DNA of 64,000 bases, from NCBI GenBank assembly GCA_018971565.1, contig JAGXAO010000002.1:6499-70498 (forward strand), written 5' to 3'. Within the stretch, counting starts at the first letter, position 1; each line of letters opens with the position of its first letter. Origin of the DNA: Rhodospirillales bacterium. Its GTDB lineage: Bacteria; Pseudomonadota; Alphaproteobacteria; Acetobacterales; Acetobacteraceae. This document shows, piece by piece, positions 12,401 through 22,590 of this stretch. The notes beneath the pieces are model-generated. The model made no database searches. It had not been told where the DNA came from and saw only the letters and a program-made list of their open reading frames with translations. A program made the translations under genes and the position numbers.

Positions 12401-12849
12401 GGCTGCCCCGCTTTCTGCTGGCGCTGCTGCTGCTGCCGGGCCTGGCCTTGGCGCAGGATATGGTGATGCGCGACGGCATCACCCTGACCCAGGCGCAAGA
12501 AGCCCGCGCCGAGGCGATCGGCGGCCAGTTGCGCTGCCTTGTCTGCCAGAATGAGAGCATCGAGGAATCTTCAGCGAAGCTCGCCAAACAATTGCGGGTG
12601 ATTATTCGCCAACAGGTGGTGCAAGGCGTGCCGGATAAGCAGATTATGCATTACATGGTGCGGCGTTACGGTATTTTTGTGCTGCTGAAGCCGCCCATCT
12701 TGCCGCTTACCTGGCTGCTTTATGCCTCCCCGGCGCTTGCCCTCACGGCCGGGTTTCTGGCCTTCTGGTTGGGGCGGCACAACCATGTGAAACCCGTTGC
12801 CCCGCTGAACCCGGCCGAGCAGGCCCGCCTGAATGAATTGCTGAAATGA
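12397..12849 (+). CDS. ccmH: Cytochrome c biogenesis protein CcmH
   Basis: LRCLVCQNESI and RYG.FVL..P motifs. Confidence 0.93.
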   Translation: MRLPRFLLALLLLPGLALAQDMVMRDGITLTQAQEARAEAIGGQLRCLVCQNESIEESSAKLAKQLRVIIRQQVVQGVPDKQIMHYMVRRYGIFVLLKPPILPLTWLLYASPALALTAGFLAFWLGRHNHVKPVAPLNPAEQARLNELLK

Positions 12850-13460
12850 TGCTGATCCTTATGCTGGTGGTGTCACTGGCGCTCTCGTTGCCATTGCTGC
12901 TGGTGTTTTGCCGCAAGCAGAACCTGCCGGAACGCCGGGATGCCTCTGTTGCCCTGCATCGGGCACAGCTTGCTGAGCTTGAGCGGGATTTGGGCGATGG
13001 CCGGATTGGCCGGGATGAATATGCAGCCGCGAAGCTGGAGATTGAGCGCCGGATATTGGCGGCGGACGCACTGCCCGCCCAGCCCAGTGGTGGCAGCGCC
13101 AAACTGTTGCTGATGATGACGCTGATCGCCCTGCCCGTAGGTGGCTTCGCGCTGTATCTGCCCGGGGCAACGCCCGTGCCATCGGAGCCGCATGCGGCCT
13201 GGGCTGCGCAGCAGGCGGTGCAGCAGCAACAGCTTGATAAAATGATCGCCATGCTGCGCGCGCATCTGGCCATGGTAGCCCCAGGCTCCCCCGATGCAAG
13301 CGAAGGCGAGGCATACCTGGCCGAGGCGCTGAGCGAACAGGCCGGGACGATAACGCCCGAGGCGCTTGCGCTGTTTAAACAATCCTTCGCCAGCGCGCCG
13401 GTAAACTCCACCTGGCGGCAACTGGACCAGCAAAGACTGATGCAGGTGCAAGGGCAATAG
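12846..13460 (+). CDS. ccmI: Cytochrome c biogenesis protein CcmI/CycH (short form)
   Basis: RAQLAELERDL..G.I...EY.AAKLEIERRIL N-terminal motif, two TM segments, operon position. Confidence 0.82.
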   Translation: MMLILMLVVSLALSLPLLLVFCRKQNLPERRDASVALHRAQLAELERDLGDGRIGRDEYAAAKLEIERRILAADALPAQPSGGSAKLLLMMTLIALPVGGFALYLPGATPVPSEPHAAWAAQQAVQQQQLDKMIAMLRAHLAMVAPGSPDASEGEAYLAEALSEQAGTITPEALALFKQSFASAPVNSTWRQLDQQRLMQVQGQ

Positions 13461-13504
13461 CCAACCGCCCTTCCCTTGCCGTTTCATCGGCGTAGAGTGC
13501 CGCC

Positions 13505-13657
13505 ATGGACGACAAAATACCCCCCGCCAAGCCGGACTGCCTTGCGACCACAAAGCCGGAGGCACCGAAACCGCCCAAGGAAATTGGGGGCCCAACCGGG
13601 CTGGAGCCGACACGCTACGGGGACTGGGAAAAAAACGGCCGCTGTTCTGATTTCTGA
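13505..13657 (+). CDS. DUF1674 / SDHAF4-like succinate dehydrogenase assembly factor (50 aa)
   Basis: Not in the ORF track. Manual translation MDDKIPP...[26 protein letters not shown] carries the EPTRYGDWE.xGR.xDF family signature. Confidence 0.92.
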   Translation: MDDKIPPAKPDCLATTKPEAPKPPKEIGGPTGLEPTRYGDWEKNGRCSDF

Positions 13658-13986
13658 TGGCGTACTTGCTCCTTGCCATCGCCATCATCAGCGAGGTTAC
13701 CGCCACCTCCGCCCTGAAATCCTGCGCCGGGTTTACCCGCCTGCTGCCCTCTCTTATTGTGCTGACTGGCTATTGCGTAAGCTTTTTCTCGCTTTCACAG
13801 GTGGTGAAGGTTATCCCCCTTGGTTATGCCTATGCGCTCTGGTGCGGTTTTGGCATCGTGCTGATTGTGGGCGTGGGGTACTTCCATTACCGCCAGCCGG
13901 TGGATTTGCCGGGGTTGTTCGGAATCGGCCTGATAATGGCTGGCATTCTGGTCATTAACCTCTTTTCCCAGATGGCGGTTCGCTAA
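13657..13986 (+). CDS. SMR/EmrE family small multidrug efflux transporter
   Basis: 109 aa, four TM helices, AIISEV (membrane Glu), AYALW.GFG. TGATG overlap with DUF1674. Confidence 0.9.
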   Translation: MAYLLLAIAIISEVTATSALKSCAGFTRLLPSLIVLTGYCVSFFSLSQVVKVIPLGYAYALWCGFGIVLIVGVGYFHYRQPVDLPGLFGIGLIMAGILVINLFSQMAVR

Positions 13987-14108
13987 ATATGTAACGGCGT
14001 ATTTAAGCCGTTTTCATTTGTGAAACAGATTAATGCCCCCAAATCATCCAAGATGCCAGCGAAGCCAATCAGTTACGATGGTATCTTCACAAGTTTGGGG
14101 ACAAGATC

Positions 14109-14402
14109 ATGAAATCAGGGATTACGATCGTCGGGATTATTATCATCGCGATTGCGGTATTTTTCATCGTGCCGATGGCCGGTGGCGGCAGCGCCAATGT
14201 TTGCCAGGCGCTGGAAAAACATAATGTAAGCAATGCCGCCGCGAACATAACGGGCACTAATAACGGGCCGGTACATAATGTCATCAACTCCGTTGGCCAA
14301 TCCATGGCGACAGGCAACGTCGCGGCACAGTCGGAAGCCGCCGCGCACCCGGATACGCCGACAGCGGTGAGTTGCGCGGCCTCGTACTGGAAGTCGCTGT
14401 AA
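14109..14402 (+). CDS. Small membrane-anchored or exported hypothetical protein
   Basis: 97 aa; hydrophobic N-terminus, two Cys (VCQAL, SCAASYW); fills the gap before the convergent mfd end. Confidence 0.65.
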   Translation: MKSGITIVGIIIIAIAVFFIVPMAGGGSANVCQALEKHNVSNAAANITGTNNGPVHNVINSVGQSMATGNVAAQSEAAAHPDTPTAVSCAASYWKSL

Positions 14403-14432
14403 GCCGCTCCTTCCCGGCAGATCATCAGGCCA

Positions 14433-17400
14433 TCAGGCGGCCTGCTTGGCAATGCTGGCGAGGTTGCCGAGCAGATCCCGCGCGAAGGCCATGCGGGCGG
14501 CTACATCCATGTCCCGCACCAAGGACAGTTTCTGGTCTGGGCGAAGCTTAACAAGGCCACCTTTGGTGCCGATCCATTTTATCAACCCTGCGGGGTTGGC
14601 GAAGTCGTTCTTGCGGAAGCTTACCACCATGCCCTTCGGCCCGGCATCCAGCTTGTCGACATTCGCCTCCCGGCAGGCACGTTTGAGCGCCACGACGGAG
14701 AGGAGATTTTCCACCTCCTCGGGGATGGCGCCAAAACGGTCCACCAGTTCGGCGGCCAGCGCCTCGCTCTCGGCATCTGAGGCAAGCGCACTGATACGCC
14801 GGTAGAGGCCAAGCCGCACCGGAAGGTCCGCCACATAGGCCTCGGGGATGAGCACCGGCAGACCGAGATTGATGTTGGGTGTCCAGTCCCGCTCCACCTT
14901 CTGGGCCTGCTGGTTCTGGGCGCGCAGATCATTCACCGCGTCCTCCAGCATCTGCTGGTAAAGCTCGATGCCGACCTCGCGGATATGGCCGGATTGCTCG
15001 TTGCCGAGCAGGTTGCCCGCACCGCGCAGATCGAGATCGTGGCTGGCAAGGGTGAAGCCAGCCCCTAGTGTATCCAACGTGTTCATCACCTCCAGCCGTT
15101 TTTCGGATGCGGCGGAAAGCCGGTGATGCGGCGGCCATGTGAGATAGGCATAGCCGCGCTGCTTGCCGCGCCCCACGCGGCCGCGAAGCTGGTAGAGGCC
15201 CGCGAGGCCGAACATGTCCGCCCGGTAGATGATGAGCGTGTTCACCGCCGGCATATCCAGGCCGGATTCCACGATATTGGTGGCGAGCAGCACGTCGTAT
15301 TTGCCCTCGCCGAACTCGGTCATCACCCGTTCCAGCTCGGTGGGGGCCAGGCGGCCATGGGCCATCACGGTGCGGATGTCCGGCACGATCTCGCGCAGGC
15401 GGGCGGCCATGGGATCGAGGTCTTCAATGCGCGGCACCACGCAGAAAATCTGTCCGCCACGGAATTTCTCGCGGGCGATCGCTTCTTTGATCACCAGGCT
15501 GTCGAACGGCATGATGAAGGTGCGTACCGCGAGGCGATCCACCGGCGGGGTGGTGATGAGGGAGAGGTCGCGTACGCCCGTTAACGCCAGTTGCAAGGTG
15601 CGGGGGATGGGTGTGGCGGTAAGGGTGAGCACGTGCACATCGGCTTTGAGCTCTTTCAGCCGCTCTTTATGCTTCACGCCGAAATGCTGCTCCTCATCCA
15701 CGATCAGCAGGCTGAGATCAGAGAAGGAAATACCCTGCGCCATGATGGCATGGGTGCCGACGACGATACTCACCGAGCCGTCCGCGAGGCCAGCCTTTAC
15801 CTGCGCCGCCTCCTTGGCGGTGACGAGGCGGGAGAGCTGTGCCACCTTCACCGGCAGCCCGGCGAAACGAGCAGAAAACACGCGGAAATGCTGGCGGGCC
15901 AGCAAGGTGGTGGGCACCACCACCGCCACCTGCGTGCCCGCCATGGCGGCAACGAAGGCGGCGCGCAAGGCCACCTCGGTTTTGCCGAAGCCGACATCGC
16001 CGCAGATGAGACGGTCCATCGGGCGGCCGGCGGCGAAATCCTCAATCACGTCGGCAATGGCCTTTGCCTGATCCTCGGTCTCGGTATAGGGGAAGCGGGC
16101 GCAGAATTCGGCGAAAGCACCGTCATCGGCGGCGAGCAGCGGGGCCTCGCGCATCTGGCGCTCAGCGGCCAGACGGATGAGACCGGCGGCCATGTCCTGA
16201 ATGCGGTTTTTGGCCTTGGCCTTGCGGGCCTGCCAGGAGGCACCGCCCAATTTGTCCAGCGCTACGCCATCGCCTTCCTGGCCGAAGCGGGAAAGCAGAT
16301 CGATATTCTCGACGGGGAGGAACAATTTGTCCCCGCCGTCATAGATCAGCTTCAGGCAGTCATGCGCGGCGCCGGTGACCGTCACGGTCTCCAGCCCTTC
16401 GTAACGGCCGATGCCATGGTCCTGATGCACGACCAGATCTCCCGCCTCGATCTCGGTGGCGTCGGCGATGAACTGGTCGGCCCGTTTTTTGCGCTTGGGC
16501 GGGCGAGCGATGCGAGAGCCGAGCAGATCCTGCTCCGCCACCACGGCCAGACGGTCGGTCAGGAAGCCACGCTCCAGCGGCAGCACGGCAAGTGCTATGG
16601 TGCCGGGGGGCAAGGCGCGGGCTTCATCCGCCGAGGCGATGGGCCGCGCGGGGGAAATGCCATGCTCCTTGAGCATCAAGGTCAGGCGCTCGCGGGAACC
16701 GAAGCTCCAGGCGGCGAGGATGATGGTGCGGCCGGAACTGGCCCATTTGCCTTTCAGCTCGCCGAAGGTCTCAAACGCGGCGATGCTCTGGCCGGTCAGG
16801 ATCGGCGCCGGACGCCCGCCGATTTCGACGCCTTGCGCCGCTCCTTCAGGCTTGGTGAAGGGAGAGAAGCTGAAGCAGGGCCCTTTTGCCAGGGCGGCAT
16901 CCCAGCCTTGCCGGTCAAGATACAGCATGCCGGGCGGGATCGGCCGGTAGACCGGCTCTCCGGCGCGGGGTGGCAGGCGGCGCTCGGCATAATGGTCGGC
17001 TATGAGTTCCAGCCGCGCCTCAATAGCGGCTTCAGCCTGATGGTCCAGGCTGATGGAGGCATTGGGCACGTAATCGAAAATCGTCTCCATGCTCTCGGTG
17101 AAGAGCGGCAGATAATGCTCAGCCCCAGGGTGGCGGCGGCCTTCGGAGATGGAGACGTAAAGCGGCTCCTCAACAGCTTTGGCGCCGAACAGCTCGCGCC
17201 AATTGGTGCGGAAACGGGCGGTGGAGGCTGTATCCAGAGGTAATTCCGAGGCCGGGTGAAAATCCAGCCGCGGCAGCGGTTCGCCGGAGCGCTGGGTCTC
17301 GGGGTTGAAATGGCGCAGACTCTCAATCTCGTCCCCAAACATGTCTATACGCACGGGCTGGCTGGCGCCGGCGGGGAAAACATCGAGGATGCCGCCACGC

Positions 17401-17855
17401 AAGCTGAACTCACCGGCATCCATCACGATGCCGGTGCGCCTGTAACCGTCGGCCTCCAGGAAGGCGGCGACATCCGGCAAAGACACACTCTCGCCCTTGG
17501 CGAGGCTCAGGCCCGCCCCGGCAAGGGCGGAACGCGGACCGACCTTCTGCAAGGCGGCGTTGACGGTGGTGAGGATGATGCGCTTCTTGCCTGGCTCCGC
17601 CTGCAGGCGGCTGAGTGCTGAGATACGTTCGGCTACCAGGGCCCCGTTGGGGGAAACACGGTCGTAGGGCAGGCAGTCCCAGGCGGGAAAAGAAATCACC
17701 TCGATCTCCGGGCCGAAGAAGGCGATTTCCTCAGCAAGTGCTGCGAGGCGCGTATCGTCCCGCGTAATGTGCAGCACCGGGCCGCCATGCTCGCCCAGGC
17801 GGCGCACCAGCACCAGCGCATCCACGCCCTCCGGCGCGCCGTAAATCGGGATCAT
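14433..17855 (-). CDS. mfd: Transcription-repair coupling factor
   Basis: UvrB-like N-terminus, CarD/RID (VVHQDHGIGRY), CGDVGFGKTE, DEEQHFG, QLRGRVGR and the C-terminal TRCF domain. Confidence 0.97.
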   Translation of the reverse strand: MIPIYGAPEGVDALVLVRRLGEHGGPVLHITRDDTRLAALAEEIAFFGPEIEVISFPAWDCLPYDRVSPNGALVAERISALSRLQAEPGKKRIILTTVNAALQKVGPRSALAGAGLSLAKGESVSLPDVAAFLEADGYRRTGIVMDAGEFSLRGGILDVFPAGASQPVRIDMFGDEIESLRHFNPETQRSGEPLPRLDFHPASELPLDTASTARFRTNWRELFGAKAVEEPLYVSISEGRRHPGAEHYLPLFTESMETIFDYVPNASISLDHQAEAAIEARLELIADHYAERRLPPRAGEPVYRPIPPGMLYLDRQGWDAALAKGPCFSFSPFTKPEGAAQGVEIGGRPAPILTGQSIAAFETFGELKGKWASSGRTIILAAWSFGSRERLTLMLKEHGISPARPIASADEARALPPGTIALAVLPLERGFLTDRLAVVAEQDLLGSRIARPPKRKKRADQFIADATEIEAGDLVVHQDHGIGRYEGLETVTVTGAAHDCLKLIYDGGDKLFLPVENIDLLSRFGQEGDGVALDKLGGASWQARKAKAKNRIQDMAAGLIRLAAERQMREAPLLAADDGAFAEFCARFPYTETEDQAKAIADVIEDFAAGRPMDRLICGDVGFGKTEVALRAAFVAAMAGTQVAVVVPTTLLARQHFRVFSARFAGLPVKVAQLSRLVTAKEAAQVKAGLADGSVSIVVGTHAIMAQGISFSDLSLLIVDEEQHFGVKHKERLKELKADVHVLTLTATPIPRTLQLALTGVRDLSLITTPPVDRLAVRTFIMPFDSLVIKEAIAREKFRGGQIFCVVPRIEDLDPMAARLREIVPDIRTVMAHGRLAPTELERVMTEFGEGKYDVLLATNIVESGLDMPAVNTLIIYRADMFGLAGLYQLRGRVGRGKQRGYAYLTWPPHHRLSAASEKRLEVMNTLDTLGAGFTLASHDLDLRGAGNLLGNEQSGHIREVGIELYQQMLEDAVNDLRAQNQQAQKVERDWTPNINLGLPVLIPEAYVADLPVRLGLYRRISALASDAESEALAAELVDRFGAIPEEVENLLSVVALKRACREANVDKLDAGPKGMVVSFRKNDFANPAGLIKWIGTKGGLVKLRPDQKLSLVRDMDVAARMAFARDLLGNLASIAKQAA

Positions 17856-18145
17856 ATCTGGCCGCCGCTATGGCGTGCCAAAGCCGCCTCGCGGATGCGC
17901 CGCAGCATCCGGCTGTCAGCATAAGCGGGGATTGGCTTGCGGCCGGTCAGCCAATCCGCCAGCTCGGCGTCGGGGAATTCCATCACTGTTTCTATCTCGT
18001 CCAGTTCCTGTTCGGACATGGCAGCGAGTCGTTCCCGCACAAAGCCGCCGATCATAAGGTCATTCTCGTAAGTGCCGCGATGGTTCGCGCGGTAGAGCAG
18101 CCGTTTACGGCGCGTATCCAGGGGCGCGTTGTGATCTTCGGTCAT
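17852..18145 (-). CDS. sdhE: Succinate dehydrogenase flavinylation factor SdhE/SDHAF2
   Basis: RRKRLLYRANHRGTYENDL (RGxxE motif); usual position between recG and mfd. Start MTEDHN at 18145. Confidence 0.9.
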   Translation of the reverse strand: MTEDHNAPLDTRRKRLLYRANHRGTYENDLMIGGFVRERLAAMSEQELDEIETVMEFPDAELADWLTGRKPIPAYADSRMLRRIREAALARHSGGQI

Positions 18146-18188
18146 AACGGGTTGCGGTATAGGTTGGGTTTGGCCAAGAGTTAAGCCC

Positions 18189-20243
18189 GTGACCGCTGAA
18201 ATTTTACTGCCTTTGCGGGCCCCGCTTTCCACCCTGCCCGGCCTTGGTGCCAGGCTTTCCACGCTTATGGGCAAGTTGGTGGGCGGAGAGAGCGTGTGCG
18301 ATGTGCTGTTTCATCTTCCCATCGAGTTCATCGACCGGCGGATGACGCCAAAACTTTCCGAGGCACGGCCCGGGCAGGTGGCAACATTGCGGGTGGAGGT
18401 GCTGCGCCACGAGGACCCCGCCCGGAAAGGCCAGCCTTGGCGGGTGGTGATTACCGATGGCTCCGGCTTTGCCGAGATTGTGCTGTTTCATGCCGCGCGG
18501 CTTTCGCAATTTTCGGTGGGGGCGCGGTTGATTATCGCGGGCAAGCTGGAGAGATTTCAGGACCGGCTGATGATGGCGCACCCGGACCAGGTGATGAGCA
18601 TAGCGCAGGAAAAAGAATTTCCGTGGATAGAACCCATATGGCCGTTGGCGGCGGGCATTACGCCGCGCACCATGCGTAAGGCGGCCGTGGGAGCGCTTGC
18701 ACGGCTGCCAGAATTTCCCGAGTGGCAGGATAGGAGCATTCTGGCCAAGCGCGGCTGGCCTGGCTTTGGCCCGGCTCTGCGGGCGTTGCACAAGCCAGCC
18801 GAAGTGCCAGATGAAAAACCCCGGGAACGGCTGGCCTATGATGAACTGCTGGCGCGGCAGATTGCCTTTGCCCTGGTGCGCGGGCGCAGGCGCCGCCAAC
18901 CGGGCCGGGAAATGGCAGGCGACGGGCGGCTGCGGGCCGTGGCATTGAAAAAATTCGGGTTTGAACCGACCGCCGGGCAGTTGCGGGCGCTGGCGGAGAT
19001 TGACGCGGACATGGCCGCCCCGCACCGCATGCGCCGGCTGCTGCAAGGGGATGTGGGCTCCGGCAAAACGCTGGTGGCGCTGATGGCCTGCCTGCGCGCG
19101 GTGGAAGCCGGGGCACAGGCGGCGGTGATGGCACCGACGGAGATTCTGGCGCAGCAGCATTTTGCCACTTTCAAGCGGCTTTCACCGGTGCCGGTGGCAC
19201 TGCTGACCGGCGGCGTGAAGGGAACGGCACGGCGTGAGATTCTGGCAGGCACAAAAAATGGATCAATTTCGATTCTTATAGGAACCCACGCAATTTTTCA
19301 AAAAGACGTGGTATTTTTTGATTTAGGCCTGGCCGTAATTGACGAGCAGCATAAATTTGGGGTGGACCAGCGCCTGGCGCTAGGGGCAAAGGGCGAAATG
19401 CTGGATTTGCTGGTGATGACCGCCACCCCCATTCCACGCACGTTGCTGCTGACCCATTGGGCGGAGATGGATGTCTCCCGCATCACCGAAAAACCGAAGG
19501 GACGCCAGGCGGTTACCACGACGATGCATCGTGTTTCTGACCTGCCGAAGGTAGAGGAAGCGATTGCGCGGGCAATGGCGGCGGGCGGCAGAGTCTATTG
19601 GGTTTGCCCGCTGGTTTCTGAATCCGAGACGCTGGATATTACTGCCACGGAGGTACGCTTTGCCGAGTTGCAGCGCAAATTTGGCGCGGCAGTGACGATG
19701 GCGCATGGGCAAATGGAAGGTGCTGCGCGGGATGCCGCGCTTAGGGAGTTTGCAGCGGGGGGCAAGCAAATCCTTGTCGCCACCACCGTGATCGAGGTGG
19801 GGGTTGATGTGCCGGAAGCCAATGTGATGGTGATTGAACATGCGGAGCGGTTTGGGTTGGCGCAGTTGCACCAGCTACGCGGACGCGTGGGGCGGGGGGC
19901 GGCGAAGAGTTTCTGCCTGCTGCTGCATGATGACAAGCTAGGCCAAACAGCGCGCAAGCGGCTTTCTATTTTACGCGATACCGAAGACGGATTTCTGATT
20001 TCCGATGAGGATTTCCGGCTGCGCGGCGCGGGAGAATTTCTTGGCACGAAGCAATCCGGCCTGCCCGGCTACAGGCTGGCAGATGCGGAAAAGGACGAAG
20101 AGTTGCTGGTAATGGCGCGGCAGGATGCGGTGATGACATTGCAGCGCGACCCCAGGCTGGAACATGAGCGCGGGCAAGCTTTGAGAATTTTGCTCAATTT
20201 GTTCGAACAACGCGATGCGATCTCAACCGTGAATGCAGGATAA
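18189..20243 (+). CDS. recG: ATP-dependent DNA helicase RecG
   Basis: OB wedge domain, QGDVGSGKT, DEQHKFG, TATPIPRTL and GLAQLHQLRGRVGRG. Confidence 0.96.
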   Translation: MTAEILLPLRAPLSTLPGLGARLSTLMGKLVGGESVCDVLFHLPIEFIDRRMTPKLSEARPGQVATLRVEVLRHEDPARKGQPWRVVITDGSGFAEIVLFHAARLSQFSVGARLIIAGKLERFQDRLMMAHPDQVMSIAQEKEFPWIEPIWPLAAGITPRTMRKAAVGALARLPEFPEWQDRSILAKRGWPGFGPALRALHKPAEVPDEKPRERLAYDELLARQIAFALVRGRRRRQPGREMAGDGRLRAVALKKFGFEPTAGQLRALAEIDADMAAPHRMRRLLQGDVGSGKTLVALMACLRAVEAGAQAAVMAPTEILAQQHFATFKRLSPVPVALLTGGVKGTARREILAGTKNGSISILIGTHAIFQKDVVFFDLGLAVIDEQHKFGVDQRLALGAKGEMLDLLVMTATPIPRTLLLTHWAEMDVSRITEKPKGRQAVTTTMHRVSDLPKVEEAIARAMAAGGRVYWVCPLVSESETLDITATEVRFAELQRKFGAAVTMAHGQMEGAARDAALREFAAGGKQILVATTVIEVGVDVPEANVMVIEHAERFGLAQLHQLRGRVGRGAAKSFCLLLHDDKLGQTARKRLSILRDTEDGFLISDEDFRLRGAGEFLGTKQSGLPGYRLADAEKDEELLVMARQDAVMTLQRDPRLEHERGQALRILLNLFEQRDAISTVNAG

Positions 20244-20250
20244 AGCCAGA

Positions 20251-20673
20251 ATGTCTTCCTACCCCACTGCGCCGAAAGTTGGCATTGGCATTGTGCTGAT
20301 CAGAAACGACGAGGTGTTGCTTGTACGCCGGGGCAAACCGCCGGGTGCGGGCACGTGGTCTTTGCCTGGCGGAAAACAGGAGCTTGGCGAAGCGGCGGAA
20401 GATACGGCGCGGCGGGAATTGCGGGAAGAAACCGGGCTGGAATGCGGAGAACTGGTGCTGGCCGGGCATGCTGATTCCATCCACCGCGATGTGGATGGAA
20501 AAATTGAGTTTCATTACACCATCCTGGATTTTGCGGCGCGCTATGTAGGTGGCGAAGCCATAGCGGGAGACGATGTGCGGGAGGTGGCATGGGCGAATAG
20601 GGCGGATTTCGACCATTATGCGCTCACCCCCGAAGCGCGGCGGATGATCGAAACCGCATTTCGACTTGTTTAA
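20251..20673 (+). CDS. NUDIX hydrolase
   Basis: Nudix box GGKQELGEAAEDTARRELREETGL. Confidence 0.9.
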   Translation: MSSYPTAPKVGIGIVLIRNDEVLLVRRGKPPGAGTWSLPGGKQELGEAAEDTARRELREETGLECGELVLAGHADSIHRDVDGKIEFHYTILDFAARYVGGEAIAGDDVREVAWANRADFDHYALTPEARRMIETAFRLV

Positions 20674-21146
20674 AGCAGTTTTTCGATGGCACGCAGCACC
20701 CGCGCGGCTTCGGGTTTGGTGGCGGAGATGAAGAAATCCTGCAACGCGCCATCCTTGCCGATAAGGTATTTGTAAAAATTCCAGCGCGGCCGCGCGAGAA
20801 AACCTTTTTCAGCCACCACCCAGCGGAAGAATGGATGCGCGCCCTCCCCTATGGCATGTTCCTTGGCCATCATCGGAAAGCCGACGCCGTAATTCATCTG
20901 GCAGAACTGGCCGATTTCTTCGGCGTTGCCGGGCTCCTGGCCACCAAAATCGTTACAAGGCACCCCCAACACCATCAGGCCGCGCGGGCTGTAAGTCTCC
21001 CAAAGCTTCTGCAATCCAGCATATTGCGGCGTGAAGCCGCATTTGCTCGCGGTATTTACCACTAGTACAGGTTTTCCGGCCAGGGCGCTGAGCGGATATG
21101 CCTCGCCGGACAAGGCTTTGAACGAAAATTCATGTACGCTGGCCAT
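20670..21146 (-). CDS. Glutathione peroxidase family protein (Cys type)
   Basis: VNTASKCGFTPQY, PCNDFGGQEP and WNFYKYLI motifs. Confidence 0.93.
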   Translation of the reverse strand: MASVHEFSFKALSGEAYPLSALAGKPVLVVNTASKCGFTPQYAGLQKLWETYSPRGLMVLGVPCNDFGGQEPGNAEEIGQFCQMNYGVGFPMMAKEHAIGEGAHPFFRWVVAEKGFLARPRWNFYKYLIGKDGALQDFFISATKPEAARVLRAIEKLL

Positions 21147-21174
21147 TTTCACTCCTGGTAACTAAAAACCTGTC

Positions 21175-21963
21175 ATGCCGAATGAAACACCGATTCAGGG
21201 CCTCATCAACATTATGGCCGCGCTGCGCGACCCCGAGACGGGCTGCCCGTGGGACAAGGAGCAGGATTTCGCCAGCATAGCGCCTTACACCATTGAAGAA
21301 GCTTATGAAGTGCGCGCGGCGATTGCCAGCGGCGAGCCCTCTGTGCTGAAGGATGAGTTGGGGGATTTATTGTTTCAGGTTGTCTACCATGCCCGCATGG
21401 CCGAGGAGCGTGGCTGGTTTAAATTCGACGATGTGGCCGAGACGATAAAAGACAAGATGATCCGCCGCCACCCGCATGTATTTGGGGAGGAGGCATCCCG
21501 CACCGCTACCGCCCAAACCGCTGCATGGGAGGCGCAAAAGATGGCTGAACGTGCTGCCCAGGCCCAGCACGGCGCGTTGGACGGCGTGGCCGAGGCGCTA
21601 CCAGCGCTGATGCGGGCGCAAAAGCTTACCAGCCGCGCCGCTCGCGTGAAATTCGACTGGCCGGATGCTATGGCGGTGCTGGAAAAACTGGACGAGGAGA
21701 TTGCCGAGCTGAAGGCAGAGCTGGCCGGGGCAAAGCCGGAGCGCCTGGCAGATGAACTGGGGGATTTGCTGTTCGTGCTGGTGAACCTGGCCCGCAAACT
21801 GGGGCTGGACGCGGAAACCTGCCTGGAAGGGGCAAACACGAAATTCATCCGCCGCTTTGGGCGGGTGGAAGCAAAGCTTGCGGCACGCGGCAAAACCCCG
21901 CGAGACTCCACGCTTGAAGAAATGGAAGCATTATGGACCGAGGCCAAGAAGGAAGGACTATGA
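21175..21963 (+). CDS. mazG: Nucleoside triphosphate pyrophosphohydrolase
   Basis: GCPWDKEQ, IEEAYEV, ELGDLLFQ and RRHPHVFG; two MazG domains. Confidence 0.95.
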   Translation: MPNETPIQGLINIMAALRDPETGCPWDKEQDFASIAPYTIEEAYEVRAAIASGEPSVLKDELGDLLFQVVYHARMAEERGWFKFDDVAETIKDKMIRRHPHVFGEEASRTATAQTAAWEAQKMAERAAQAQHGALDGVAEALPALMRAQKLTSRAARVKFDWPDAMAVLEKLDEEIAELKAELAGAKPERLADELGDLLFVLVNLARKLGLDAETCLEGANTKFIRRFGRVEAKLAARGKTPRDSTLEEMEALWTEAKKEGL

Positions 21964-22553
21964 AAACACTGCTTGAAGGATATGAGCGGTTTCGCAGCGG
22001 CTATTGGCAGGACCATAAGGACCGTTACACCACCCTGGCGCGGGATGGGCAGGCGCCACCGGCGATGGTGATTGCCTGTGCGGATTCCCGCGTGGCGCCC
22101 GAGCTGATTTTCGATTGCGCGCCGGGCGAGATTTTCGTGGTGCGCAATGTGAGCGCCCTGGTGCCGCCCTATGCGCCAGACGGCAAGCAGCACGGCACCT
22201 CGGCCGCGGTGGAATTCGCGGTGAACGCTTTGCATGTGCGCAGCATCGTGGTGCTTGGCCATAGCCGCTGTGGCGGCGTGCGGGCATTGATGAAGGGGCC
22301 TGAGGGCGGGCGCGACTTCGTGGATTCCTGGATGAAAATTGCCAAGGCCGCCCGGCAGCGGGTCTGCGATTCGCCAGAGACCGCCAATGCGGATTTCGAA
22401 GCGCAATGCGCCGCTTGCGAACATGAGACGGTTCGCGTCTCGCTTGCCAACCTGCTCACCTTTCCCTGGATAAAAGAACGGGTAATGGATGGCAGGCTTA
22501 CCCTCGCCGGGCTGCACTTCAACGTTGAAACCGGCCATCTGCAAATGGTGTGA
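21960..22553 (+). CDS. Beta-class carbonic anhydrase
   Basis: CADSRV and GHSRCGG zinc ligands, GEIFVVRN. ATGA overlap with mazG. Confidence 0.94.
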   Translation: MKTLLEGYERFRSGYWQDHKDRYTTLARDGQAPPAMVIACADSRVAPELIFDCAPGEIFVVRNVSALVPPYAPDGKQHGTSAAVEFAVNALHVRSIVVLGHSRCGGVRALMKGPEGGRDFVDSWMKIAKAARQRVCDSPETANADFEAQCAACEHETVRVSLANLLTFPWIKERVMDGRLTLAGLHFNVETGHLQMV

Positions 22554-22590
22554 ACCGCCAGGGCTGCTTCGCGGGCTGTGGCGCTTGTAA

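Noticed and set aside
15591..17243. 550-aa plus-strand ORF
   Set aside because: Antisense shadow of mfd.
20670..21146. Selenocysteine in the glutathione peroxidase
   Set aside because: The active-site codon is Cys (ASKCGF) and there is no in-frame TGA.
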